The notes beneath the pieces are model-generated. The model did no database searches. It saw only the letters and a list, made by a program, of their open reading frames with translations, and was not told where the DNA came from. A program made the position numbers and the translations under genes. Positions 49,269 to 58,127 of a stretch of DNA of 64,000 bases are shown here, one piece after another (within the stretch, counting starts at the first letter, position 1; each line of letters starts with the position of its first letter). The stretch comes from an uncultured Gammaproteobacteria bacterium (GTDB lineage: Bacteria > Pseudomonadota > Gammaproteobacteria > Pseudomonadales > Azotimanducaceae): the NCBI GenBank assembly GCA_963787045.1, contig CAWBBR010000010.1, forward strand, positions 7,742-71,741, read 5' to 3'.

Positions 49269-49387
49269 CTATCGATACGTGAATCGCCACAATTTCGATC
49301 CCGATGCCGGTACCCGCAGGAATAGACCACGCTCTTCGTAGCGCTTGCCCGGGACCTGTACGCCCTCACCTGCGCGTCTGTCAGCAT
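49269..49387 (-). mobile_element. decayed P4-type (DUF4102-bearing) tyrosine integrase N-terminal remnant
   Basis: MLTDAQVRA (from ATG 49387) and, one frame over, PGKRYEERGLFLRVPASGSKLWRFTYR* match the LTDxxVR...GLYLxVxPSGSKxWRxxYR signature. No catalytic domain follows; GT2 ends at 49186. Confidence 0.65.
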
Positions 49388-49430
49388 GATTGGCTCCGAA
49401 GGCCAAAAGACGGCAGCGACTAACGCGCCA

Positions 49431-50642
49431 ATGAAGGCGCGCTGGATACTCGTCGCTCTGATCACTCTGATCGCGTCCCCTACATGGGGCGCCGCGCCGT
49501 TGGTGATCGTGATGTCCTGGGACGGAATGCGATACGACTATCCGGATCGCGCCGCATTTCCCGGTCTCTCGCGCATGCAGCGGGAGGGCGTGCGCGCGGA
49601 ACGGCTGGTCGCCGGCTGGCCGTCGTCGACATTCCCGGGCCACGTGACGCTCGCAACGGGTACGTGGGCGGGTACGCACGGCATCGTCGACAACGAATTC
49701 CTCGATCGGAAGCGGGGCCGTTTTGCGTATTCGAGCGACGCGAGCTGGCTCGAAGCCGAACCGCTATGGATCACCGCAGAGCGCCAGGGCGTGCATGCAG
49801 CGACGTATTTCTGGGTCGGTTCCGAAACCGACTGGCACGGTCAACACCAGCAGTATCGAATCGCGCCGTTCAATGGCGAGACGCCTGAGAGCGTGAAAGT
49901 CGATCAGATGCTCGCGTGGATCGACTTGCCCGCGGATCAGCGGCCGGGTCTGATCATGGCGTACTGGCACGGCGCCGACACCGTGGGCCATCGCCGCGGG
50001 CCTGAAAGCGACGCGGTAGTCGATCAGATTTTCGAACAGGACGCGCAGCTCGTCCGGCTGCTCGACGGTATCGACGCGAGACATTTGTGGGACGACACGA
50101 CGCTGATCCTCGTCAGCGATCACGGCATGACCGAACTGCACGGTTTCTTCGACCTGGCGGGATATCTCACCGAGCACGGTTACCACGCGCGCGTGTTCGG
50201 CGGCCCGGGTGTCGCGCACGTGTTTCTCAACGACGCATCCCAACTCGATGGCGCCTTTGCGCTGTTGTCAGCGCGTAAGCCGCTCGAGGTTTATCGCGGT
50301 ACCGAGTTGCCGGAGCGTTTTCACCTCAGCGCCAAGGATCGCGTCGGCGATCTGGTCGTGATCAGCGATCCATCATTACCGTTGGCGTATCCGGCGTGGT
50401 GGATACGCGCTTTGTATGCCGCGCTCGGACCGATCGCAGGCGTCTATCCCGGCAGTCATGGCTTCGATCCGAATCTTCCGGAGATGGGCGCCACACTGTT
50501 GATGATGGGGCGCGGGATACCGAAAGGCGTGCGCATCGGCGCGATACCGATGATCGACATTGCACCGACCGCCGCCCGGTTACTGCACATCGAGCCGCCA
50601 TTGCAGTCGGAAGGAAAACCGCTGCCGGAAATCGGTAACTGA
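49431..50642 (+). CDS. nucleotide pyrophosphatase/phosphodiesterase (alkaline-phosphatase superfamily)
   Basis: ATG at 49431 gives the signal peptide MKARWILVALITLIASPTWG. SWDGMRYDY, TFPGHVTLATG, SDHGM and GSHGFDP motifs. Confidence 0.85.
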   Translation: MKARWILVALITLIASPTWGAAPLVIVMSWDGMRYDYPDRAAFPGLSRMQREGVRAERLVAGWPSSTFPGHVTLATGTWAGTHGIVDNEFLDRKRGRFAYSSDASWLEAEPLWITAERQGVHAATYFWVGSETDWHGQHQQYRIAPFNGETPESVKVDQMLAWIDLPADQRPGLIMAYWHGADTVGHRRGPESDAVVDQIFEQDAQLVRLLDGIDARHLWDDTTLILVSDHGMTELHGFFDLAGYLTEHGYHARVFGGPGVAHVFLNDASQLDGAFALLSARKPLEVYRGTELPERFHLSAKDRVGDLVVISDPSLPLAYPAWWIRALYAALGPIAGVYPGSHGFDPNLPEMGATLLMMGRGIPKGVRIGAIPMIDIAPTAARLLHIEPPLQSEGKPLPEIGN

Positions 50643-50713
50643 CGCCACCTGAACGGTGCGCACGCTGCCTCCGCTGTGAAGCGAAGTTGGACCCAGCATG
50701 CCTGCAAAGGCGC

Positions 50714-51934
50714 TTACGAACGCGTGGTCGATCGATAGATCAGCACGCGGTCGCGCTCCTGACGCCAGGAATCTTCGTCGGCCGCGGCGATCGTCTCCAG
50801 ATCGCCGACGCCAGCGTGCGGATCGTCCACCCATTCGCGCAGCAACGGGCTGCCGTTGATCAGGTCGATCGCGAGACGCCCCACTTCGTACTCGTATGGA
50901 AAATCGCGCCACAGCGGGTAGTCGGGCTGCAGCGAACGCAGCGCTTTGAACGCCAGCGCCACGAGCCGCCACGGCCGGAATGCCGCGTGATCGTAATGCG
51001 CGTCGTCGACGTGGATCTGCAGCCCCGAACACAGCGTGCCTTTGTGTTTGTGGAACGTCGGTTCGAACCAGCACTCCCGCAACCGGCAACCCTCCAGCCA
51101 CTGCGGCGCCAGCTCGTACATCCTGGCGCGCAGCGCGCGCGCGTCGATGTCCGGTGCACCGAGCACTTCTAACGGCCGTGTCGTGCCGCGCCCTTCCGAA
51201 AGCGTCGTACCTTCCAGCATCACGGTGCCGGCATAACAGCGCGCCATCGACAGATTCGCCGCGTTCGGGCTGGGATTGACCCACGTGCGTTCGTCGTGCG
51301 GCCAGCCGAAGCCGGGCGCCGCTTCGGGTTGCCATCCGCGCATCGGAATCACGTCGTAGTCCATGTCGAGGCGCAGCGTGTCGACGAACCAGTGACCGAG
51401 TTCGCCCAACGTCAGTCCGTGCCGCATCGGCAACGGTCCGGCGCCGACGAAACTCTCCCAGCCGTCGCGCAACCGCAATCCTTCGATCGGTCGGCCCGCC
51501 GGATTCGGCCGATCCAGCACCCAGACCGCCCTGCCGTGCCGGGCAGCTTCCTCCAGCACATAGCGCAACGTGGTGATGAACGTGTAGATGCGGCAACCCA
51601 CGTCCTGCAGGTCTACCAACAACACGTCGAAGGTGCTCATCATCGAAGCATCGGGCCGGCGCGTTTGACCGTAGAGGCTGAACACCGGAATGCCGTGGAC
51701 GGGATCGTGAAAGTCGGGAGACTCGACCATGTTGTCCTGTTTGTCGCCGCGCAAGCCGTGTTGCGGACCGAACGCGGCGGTGATCTCGACGCTGTCGATC
51801 GCACTGAGCGCGTCCAACGAGTGCACGAGGTTGCGCGTCACCGACGCCGGATGCGCGAGCAACGCGGCGCGTCGGCCACGCAACGCCGAATGCAATGCGC
51901 TTTCTTCCGTCAATCGATCGATGCCGAACAGCAT
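50714..51934 (-). CDS. DUF1343 family protein (exo-N-acetylmuramidase NamZ-like)
   Basis: 406-aa ORF with FGPQHG, DLQDVG.R.YT, LDRPNP and GTTLSEGRGTT motifs. Confidence 0.85.
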   Translation of the reverse strand: MLFGIDRLTEESALHSALRGRRAALLAHPASVTRNLVHSLDALSAIDSVEITAAFGPQHGLRGDKQDNMVESPDFHDPVHGIPVFSLYGQTRRPDASMMSTFDVLLVDLQDVGCRIYTFITTLRYVLEEAARHGRAVWVLDRPNPAGRPIEGLRLRDGWESFVGAGPLPMRHGLTLGELGHWFVDTLRLDMDYDVIPMRGWQPEAAPGFGWPHDERTWVNPSPNAANLSMARCYAGTVMLEGTTLSEGRGTTRPLEVLGAPDIDARALRARMYELAPQWLEGCRLRECWFEPTFHKHKGTLCSGLQIHVDDAHYDHAAFRPWRLVALAFKALRSLQPDYPLWRDFPYEYEVGRLAIDLINGSPLLREWVDDPHAGVGDLETIAAADEDSWRQERDRVLIYRSTTRS

Positions 51935-51952
51935 GTCGTCACTCCTTTCGAA

Positions 51953-53143
51953 TCATTTGCGCCACTCGTCGCCCGGCATGATCCGCCGCATGAACTCGTC
52001 GAACAGCGGTACCGTGAACGCGGTGTCGCCGTGGTTCGGGCTCCAGATCATCCCTTTCGCGATCAGCTGATTGCGCGTGGGTCCCAACGACGTCACCTTG
52101 CGACCGAGTTGGTCGGCGATGTCGCCGGACCGATGCGGGCCCGGCCCGAGTTCCGCCATCGCGCGCAGGTAAACCTTCTCGGTCGGCGTGAGCCGGTCGA
52201 AGCGCACCCGGAAGAAACTCTCGTCCAGCGCCGCTACCGCTCCGGCCGATGCGCGCTTCACGTCGGCCGCGGTGATCGGCGACTTCGTCGCGGTATCCCA
52301 CGCGTGCTTGCCCCACTCCTGCAGGAAATACGGATAGCCCTGCGTCTTTCTGACGATACTGCGCAACGCGTCTGCGTTGATGTCGACGCCTTCGTCTTTC
52401 GCCGGTTTCGCGATCGCGATGCTCGCGTCGACTTCGTTCAACGGACCGATCTCCGGGAAATCGAACAACCGTTCCGCGTACGACTTCGCAAGCCCCATCT
52501 GCCCGCGCAACTGCGGCAGTCCCGCGCCGAGCAGCACGATCGGCAGGCGCCGTTGCGCGGCGCGATGCAGCGCTGTGATCAGCGCCGCGAGTTGTGTCTC
52601 CTCGACGTACTGCAGTTCGTCGACGAACAGCACGAGCGCGGTGCCGGCTTTCTTTGCCGCTGCGCCCACGGCTTCGAGCAGCGCCTGCAGATCGTGTTCG
52701 AGGTCGCCGTTGTCGGCCAGACCGGGTTCCGGATCGAGGTCCACGCCCACTTCGATGTCGTGGTACTTCACTTTCAGCGCTTTCGCGAATCCCGCCAGCG
52801 CCCGCAGCGCGCGCTGCGACAACGCCTTCGCCTGCGCGTTGCGCGACAGTCGCAACAGCGCCTGTCGCAACTGCGGCGCAAGCATCGCGGGCAGCGAGCG
52901 CCCTTCAGGCGCCTCGATGCGCACCGTCTGGATGCCTTCGCCTTCGGCGTCGTCGCGCATGCGATCGAGCAGCACGGTCTTGCCGACGCCGCGCAACCCG
53001 ATCATCAGAATGCTCTTGGTCGGCAGCCCGAGCCGCACCCGCTCCAGCGCGATGCGCACCGTTTCGCGCAACGCGTCGCGGCCGGCGAGCTCCGGCGGCG
53101 GGGTGCCGGCGCCGGGGGCGAAAGGGTTTCTAACGGGATCCAT
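51953..53143 (-). CDS. AAA-type ATP-binding protein with C-terminal winged-helix-like domain
   Basis: ATG at 53143. NPFAPG..PPELAGRD, Walker A GLRGVGKT and Walker B LFVDELQ. Confidence 0.75.
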   Translation of the reverse strand: MDPVRNPFAPGAGTPPPELAGRDALRETVRIALERVRLGLPTKSILMIGLRGVGKTVLLDRMRDDAEGEGIQTVRIEAPEGRSLPAMLAPQLRQALLRLSRNAQAKALSQRALRALAGFAKALKVKYHDIEVGVDLDPEPGLADNGDLEHDLQALLEAVGAAAKKAGTALVLFVDELQYVEETQLAALITALHRAAQRRLPIVLLGAGLPQLRGQMGLAKSYAERLFDFPEIGPLNEVDASIAIAKPAKDEGVDINADALRSIVRKTQGYPYFLQEWGKHAWDTATKSPITAADVKRASAGAVAALDESFFRVRFDRLTPTEKVYLRAMAELGPGPHRSGDIADQLGRKVTSLGPTRNQLIAKGMIWSPNHGDTAFTVPLFDEFMRRIMPGDEWRK

Positions 53144-53283
53144 GTGGCAAGTTATACAGTAATTAGGAGATTTATGACAAATCCATAAATCTGCTAATTT
53201 CAATCAAACCGATTGGCGACGACAGGGCGTACGCCGCGCGCGGCTCGAACCGGGCCATGCCATCGCTCGTCAGTGGGTCGAAT

Positions 53284-54888
53284 TCACAACGTACGCCGCG
53301 TGCGCGAACGCGACAAGTCGGAATCCGGCTGAGGCTCGGCGGCACATACGAAATTCGCTGCGTCGTCCGTGCTGCCTTCGCCGCGATAGATCGCGACTTT
53401 CGGATACGGACACAGCGGCCGGGTGCGTTCGACGACGCCGTCCTTCATCCGCGCTGCAATGATCGAGTCCGGCGGCTTGCCGGTTTCCACCCACGCATCG
53501 AGCGCTTTCAGCGCGTCGAACCGGTCGGGACCGTCGCCGCCTGCGCAGTGGTCCATTCCCGGCACCATGAACAACCGATAGCTGTTGTCGAATTCGGCGC
53601 GGTCGATATCGGAGCCGACCACGGCCGCGCGCACGCTCTCGTAGTAACCGATGCTGTTCAGCGGCGGAATACCCGGGTCGCCCCAACCGTGGTACTGCAG
53701 CAGTTTGCCGCCGCGGTCGAAGAACGGTCCGAGGTTCGGGTCGATCGCATCGAGAAAAGGTCCCGCGCTGTCTTCCGCGACCGGCAGGTCGCGCGCGACG
53801 TCGAACGTTCGATAGTCCCAACCCTTCTTCTTGAAGACGATGAACTCGAAGATGCCGGTCGCGAGCGTAGACAACGTCGGCACCATCGCGCCGACTCCGC
53901 CGTTCCAGCCGAGTTCGCTGCCGGGAGACACACCCGGAAACAGCGCCACTTGCGTGCGGGGATTCAGCATCGGCTGATACAACGCCCGCGCGCTGGCGAC
54001 CTGCGCGGCGGTGAGGCACGTCGGCTGATCGGAATCGGCGCACTGCACCGACGCCGGATCGAAATTGCAGCGCAGCGGATTCTCGATGACACCGTCTTTC
54101 ACGCCGTCGAGCGAATCGCACGCGGCTAGCGCGGCCGCGTGCAGCGTCTTCAGCTTGTCTTCCGGCACGAAGTTGTCCGGTTCCTTGTGGATCACCTGGC
54201 TCGCGACGACGTATTTGGCCGACAGTCGCGTCATGTAGTTCGCCGGCGCGCCGGCGACGATGCCGTCGAAGTCGGTCGGATAGCGCTGTGCTTCGGTGAG
54301 CCCTTGCCTGCCGCCGGTCGAGCAACCGTTCCAATAGGCGCGTCGCGGCGGGCTGCCGTAAAACGCGACGCTGATCGCTTTCGCTTTCGACGCGAGTTCG
54401 TGCACGGCGCGATAACCGAAATCGACGACTTTCTCCGGATGATTCAGCGCGAAGCTCGCGTCCACCGGCGAGCTTTCGTGACCGGTGTCGGTCGATGCGG
54501 CGACATAGCCGGCGGCGAGCGGCGGCGCCATGAACGGAAACCAGATCTCGCCGGAGTAGCCGCCGTTGCCCACCGCGACGAGTTTGCCGTTCCAGCCCGC
54601 CACCGGCAGCCAGACTTCGAACGCGATGTTCGAATCCGCCGTGGGCGTCATGCGACCGGCGACGCGACAGAACGCAGGCAGTTGCGCGTACGGCGCCGGC
54701 ATCGGTATGAAGAACGGTTTTGCCGGCTTGTACGCACCGGCCGCTACCACCTCGGCCGCGGTGATCCGCGTGTCTTTCAACTCGAGCGACGCGAGCGTTT
54801 CGCAGGTATCGGCCGCTGCGTGCGATGCAAGCGCAGGCAGCAGCACAACGCAAAGACCGGCGGCATACCGAACTAATGCAGAACGCAT
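53284..54888 (-). CDS. tannase/feruloyl esterase family alpha/beta hydrolase
   Basis: ATG at 54888 with a GGGGGAA RBS. Signal peptide, GNGG, YWNGCSTGGRQG nucleophile block, and a PGMDHCAGG-like PGMDHCAGGDGP. Confidence 0.85.
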   Translation of the reverse strand: MRSALVRYAAGLCVVLLPALASHAAADTCETLASLELKDTRITAAEVVAAGAYKPAKPFFIPMPAPYAQLPAFCRVAGRMTPTADSNIAFEVWLPVAGWNGKLVAVGNGGYSGEIWFPFMAPPLAAGYVAASTDTGHESSPVDASFALNHPEKVVDFGYRAVHELASKAKAISVAFYGSPPRRAYWNGCSTGGRQGLTEAQRYPTDFDGIVAGAPANYMTRLSAKYVVASQVIHKEPDNFVPEDKLKTLHAAALAACDSLDGVKDGVIENPLRCNFDPASVQCADSDQPTCLTAAQVASARALYQPMLNPRTQVALFPGVSPGSELGWNGGVGAMVPTLSTLATGIFEFIVFKKKGWDYRTFDVARDLPVAEDSAGPFLDAIDPNLGPFFDRGGKLLQYHGWGDPGIPPLNSIGYYESVRAAVVGSDIDRAEFDNSYRLFMVPGMDHCAGGDGPDRFDALKALDAWVETGKPPDSIIAARMKDGVVERTRPLCPYPKVAIYRGEGSTDDAANFVCAAEPQPDSDLSRSRTRRTL

Positions 54889-54960
54889 GTTTTCCCCCAA
54901 CTGGATCCCCTTCCGGAATTCTCACACGAAACGCTTCGGTGCGACTCACGCGCGCACCAA

Positions 54961-56352
54961 TCATGCACGCACCAGTCGCGCCAGCGTCGCGACCGCACCG
55001 GGCATCGCGTCGGGCGCTGCGGTGGCAAACGACAAACGCAGGAACACGCCGGTCGGTTCCGCCGGGAACCACTGTCGTCCGGCGCTCACGATCACGCCGG
55101 CCGCGTGGGCGCGCGCCGCGACATCGACGTCGACGGCGCGATCGGGCAAACGCGTCCACAGATGCAGACCGCCGGCTGGTATCAGCGGCAACGACGCGGG
55201 ACCCAGCTCGGCGCGCAACGCGCTGACGAGCGTGTCACGCCGCAAGCGCAATGCGACGCGCAACGCTTTCAGATGACGCGGCCAGGCCGGCGAAGTCACC
55301 AGTTCGAGCGCGGCCTCCTGGATCGGGCCCGCAATGAAGAAGTCGGCGATGGTGCGCGCCGACAGCAATCGCGCCAGCGCCGCGCCTTTCGCCACGATCG
55401 CACCGATTCGAAGACCGGGCGCGGCCGACTTCGTCAGCGAACGCAGGTAAACGACGTGACCATTCGTATCGGCCGGGGCCAACGGCGGCAACGGCACGGC
55501 GTCGATCGCGAAGTCGCGGCCCCAATCGTCCTCGATCAGAAACGCCCCCGCTTTGGCGACGACGTCGAGCACCTCTGCGCGGCGCGCGGCGCCCAGCGTG
55601 GCGCCGGACGGGTTTGCGAACGTCGGCTGTGAATAGAACACGCGCGCGCCGGTGCGCGCGAATGCCGCCGCCAACGCGTCCGGCACTACGCCCTCGGCGT
55701 CGGTGGTCACCGGCACTAACGGCAACCTCAAGGCGCGCGCCACGACGATCGCGCCGACATACGTCGGCGACTCGACGAGCAGCGGCGCACCGGGTGAGAC
55801 GAGCGCGCGCAGCACCACGCTGATTGCGGCCTGGCTTCCCGGCGACACGATGACGTCGTGCGCGCCGATGCCGCCACCGAGCTGCTGCGCGAACCACAGC
55901 CGCAGCGGCTCGAGACCTTGCGACGGCATGCGACCCCACACACCGGGACGTCGCGCGACCCGGGTCATGACGGCGCTCAGCTGCGGCAGCGCCTGCAGAT
56001 CGTCCGGCAGATAGCCGCCGCCGAGATTGACCGCGCCGGCGCTCGGCGCGGCGAGCAACGCCCGAATCGCGTCGTCGCTCACGTCGGCCGCGCCGAGCGC
56101 GAGACTCTGCCAACCGAAGTCGCCTGCCGCGATCGGCGCGCGCCGATCAGCTACGAACGTGCCGTGACCCGGACGCGCGTCGATCAATCCCGAGGCCACC
56201 AGTTGCTGCACGGCGCGACGGACGGTGAGCGGACTCACGCCGAGTTCGGCCATCAATTCGCGCACCGACGGCAGGCGTTCGCCCGCTGCGGACGCGGCTA
56301 CCCGCGTGCGCAGGTGTTGTGCTACCCGTTGACTGCTGTTATCGTCTTTCAT
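54961..56352 (-). CDS. MocR/GabR-type regulator (GntR HTH fused to aminotransferase-like domain)
   Basis: ATG at 56352. LPSVRELMAELGVSPLTVRRAVQQL HTH, then a fold-type I PLP domain (SLTKS..PGLRIG). Confidence 0.85.
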   Translation of the reverse strand: MKDDNSSQRVAQHLRTRVAASAAGERLPSVRELMAELGVSPLTVRRAVQQLVASGLIDARPGHGTFVADRRAPIAAGDFGWQSLALGAADVSDDAIRALLAAPSAGAVNLGGGYLPDDLQALPQLSAVMTRVARRPGVWGRMPSQGLEPLRLWFAQQLGGGIGAHDVIVSPGSQAAISVVLRALVSPGAPLLVESPTYVGAIVVARALRLPLVPVTTDAEGVVPDALAAAFARTGARVFYSQPTFANPSGATLGAARRAEVLDVVAKAGAFLIEDDWGRDFAIDAVPLPPLAPADTNGHVVYLRSLTKSAAPGLRIGAIVAKGAALARLLSARTIADFFIAGPIQEAALELVTSPAWPRHLKALRVALRLRRDTLVSALRAELGPASLPLIPAGGLHLWTRLPDRAVDVDVAARAHAAGVIVSAGRQWFPAEPTGVFLRLSFATAAPDAMPGAVATLARLVRA

Positions 56353-56451
56353 GAAAATATACGATAACGCTATCCGATTCCGAGCGAAAGTGCTTTCGCA
56401 CCGCAACCGCGTTCCGTTCCGCTCTTTTCCTTTCTTTTCCCGGAGTGCCCC

Positions 56452-57801
56452 ATGGACGATCTGCTGATCGACGCCGCGCGTCGCGGCATCCGTTATCGCG
56501 CGTCGCTCGCCGAGCGAGGCGTGGCACCTACACTCGCGGCCGTCGCCGAACTCGCGCGCTTCCGCGAGCCCATGCCCGAGCGCGGCTGCTCCGCCGACGC
56601 CGTGCTCGCGTTGCTCGATCAGACCGGCTCCCCTGCAACCGTTGCCACCGCCGGCGGTCGCTACTTCGGCTTCGTCAACGGCAGTTCGCTGCCGGTCACC
56701 GTCGCGGCGAACTGGCTTGCAACTGCATGGGATCAGAACGTCGCGCTCGGCGTCATGTCGCCGGTCGCTGCTACGTTGGAAGACGTGACGCTCGGCTGGC
56801 TCGCTGACCTGTTCGAGTTGCCGAAGGGAACGACCGGCACCTTCGTCACCGGGGCGACGCTTGCGAGTTTCACCGCGCTGGCGACCGCTCGGCATGAATT
56901 GCTGAAGCGTTGCGGGTGGGACGCCGGGGCGGACGGTCTGTTCGGCGCGCCGCCGGTCACCGTCGTCATCGGCGAGGAAGCGCACGCATCCATCGGCCGC
57001 GCGCTGGCGCTGCTCGGCCTGGGCAGAGAGCGGGTACTGCGTGTGCCAACGGATCGACACGGCCGCATGCGCGCCGATGCATTACCGAGTCTCGGCGCCG
57101 GGCCGACGCTCGTCTGCACGCAGGCCGGCAACGTCAACACCGGCGCGTTCGATCCGTTCGACGCCGTATGCGACTGGGCGCAGCGCCACGACGCGTGGGT
57201 TCACGTCGACGGTGCATTCGGGCTGTGGGCCGCGGTCGCACCGCAATACGCCCACCTGACGGCTGGGCTCAACCGCGCGCACTCGTGGGCTACCGACGGT
57301 CACAAATGGCTGAACGTGCCATACGACTGCGGCATCGCGCTGGTTCGCGACGCCGACGCATTGCGCGCCGCCATGGCAATGAGCGCAGCTTATCTGCCGC
57401 CGTCGGAGCTGCGCGACCCGATGCACTTCGGACCCGATGCGTCGCAGCGCGCCCGCGCCGTGGACGTGTGGGCGGCGTTGAAATTCCTCGGTCGCACCGG
57501 CGTCGCCGATCTGGTGGCGCGCTGTTGCGCACACGCGGCGCGATTCGCGAGAGAGATTCGCGCCGCCGGACACGAAGTACTCAACGACGTCGTCCTGAAC
57601 CAGGTGCTGGTCGCCTTCGGCGACGAGGCTCGCACCCTGCGTGTGATCGACGCGTTGCAGCGCGACGGCACGTGCTGGTGCGGCGTCAGCCGCTGGCAGG
57701 GTCGAACGGTGATGCGGATCAGCGTGTCGTCGTGGGCGACGTCCGACGACGATGTCGATCGCGCACTCGCCGCGATGTTACGGTGCGCTCGAGACGTTTG
57801 A
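56452..57801 (+). CDS. PLP-dependent (group II-like) decarboxylase
   Basis: 449-aa ORF with HVDGAFG and the DGHKWLNVPYDCG PLP-lysine block. Divergent from the MocR gene. Confidence 0.85.
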   Translation: MDDLLIDAARRGIRYRASLAERGVAPTLAAVAELARFREPMPERGCSADAVLALLDQTGSPATVATAGGRYFGFVNGSSLPVTVAANWLATAWDQNVALGVMSPVAATLEDVTLGWLADLFELPKGTTGTFVTGATLASFTALATARHELLKRCGWDAGADGLFGAPPVTVVIGEEAHASIGRALALLGLGRERVLRVPTDRHGRMRADALPSLGAGPTLVCTQAGNVNTGAFDPFDAVCDWAQRHDAWVHVDGAFGLWAAVAPQYAHLTAGLNRAHSWATDGHKWLNVPYDCGIALVRDADALRAAMAMSAAYLPPSELRDPMHFGPDASQRARAVDVWAALKFLGRTGVADLVARCCAHAARFAREIRAAGHEVLNDVVLNQVLVAFGDEARTLRVIDALQRDGTCWCGVSRWQGRTVMRISVSSWATSDDDVDRALAAMLRCARDV

Positions 57802-57815
57802 CCGCAGGATTCCAC

Positions 57816-58068
57816 ATGGCAACCGTCGAATACCGCCGCGGCGAATATCGGATCAGCACCGACGCGGCACGACGTATTCGTCGTCGAGGCCCATCGCAAC
57901 CGCGGCCTCAGCAAGTGGCTGCTTGAATACGTGATCGCGCATCCGGATCTGCAGGGCGTCGGACGCATCGTTCTGGAGACGCGCGACGCGCACGAGCTGT
58001 ACCGGAAATACGGCGACTTCGAGGCGCTGCCGAATCCGGAAATGTGGATGGCCCGCAAGCGGCGGTGA
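57816..58068 (+). pseudogene. GNAT acetyltransferase remnant (internal deletion plus frameshift)
   Basis: MATVEYRRGEYRISTDAA is joined out of frame (around 57865-57871) to DVFVVEAHRNRGLSKWLLEYVIAHPDLQGVGRIVLETRDAHELYRKYGDFEALPNPEMWMARKRR*. The remnant is 253 nt, and the central ~60 aa expected for this GNAT type are missing. Confidence 0.7.
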
Positions 58069-58127
58069 ATGCGCGCCGCATCAGGACGTGTTCTGATGCG
58101 CCCCAACGAATCCTCTGGGGCGAGACG

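Larger units (their letters stand above)
42896..49387. mobile_element. putative degenerate genomic island (lower-GC cargo bounded by an integrase remnant)
   Basis: Hand GC counts of single 60-nt lines inside the block: 43621 = 30/60, 48061 = 31/60, 44461 = 36/60. The flank line 41041 gives 44/60. A P4-type integrase N-terminal remnant sits at the right edge. No att repeats or tRNA were found. Confidence 0.5.

Noticed and set aside
42896-49387. Calling the island a lasso-peptide biosynthetic gene cluster
   Set aside because: No asparagine-synthetase-like cyclase, no transglutaminase-like protease, no precursor and no exporter ORF are present on either strand of the window. Only the tailoring-type genes are there.
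53150-53175. TACTGTAT on the minus strand near the AAA ATPase start, considered as a LexA/SOS box
   Set aside because: Only one half-site is present. There is no CAGTA partner at the correct spacing.
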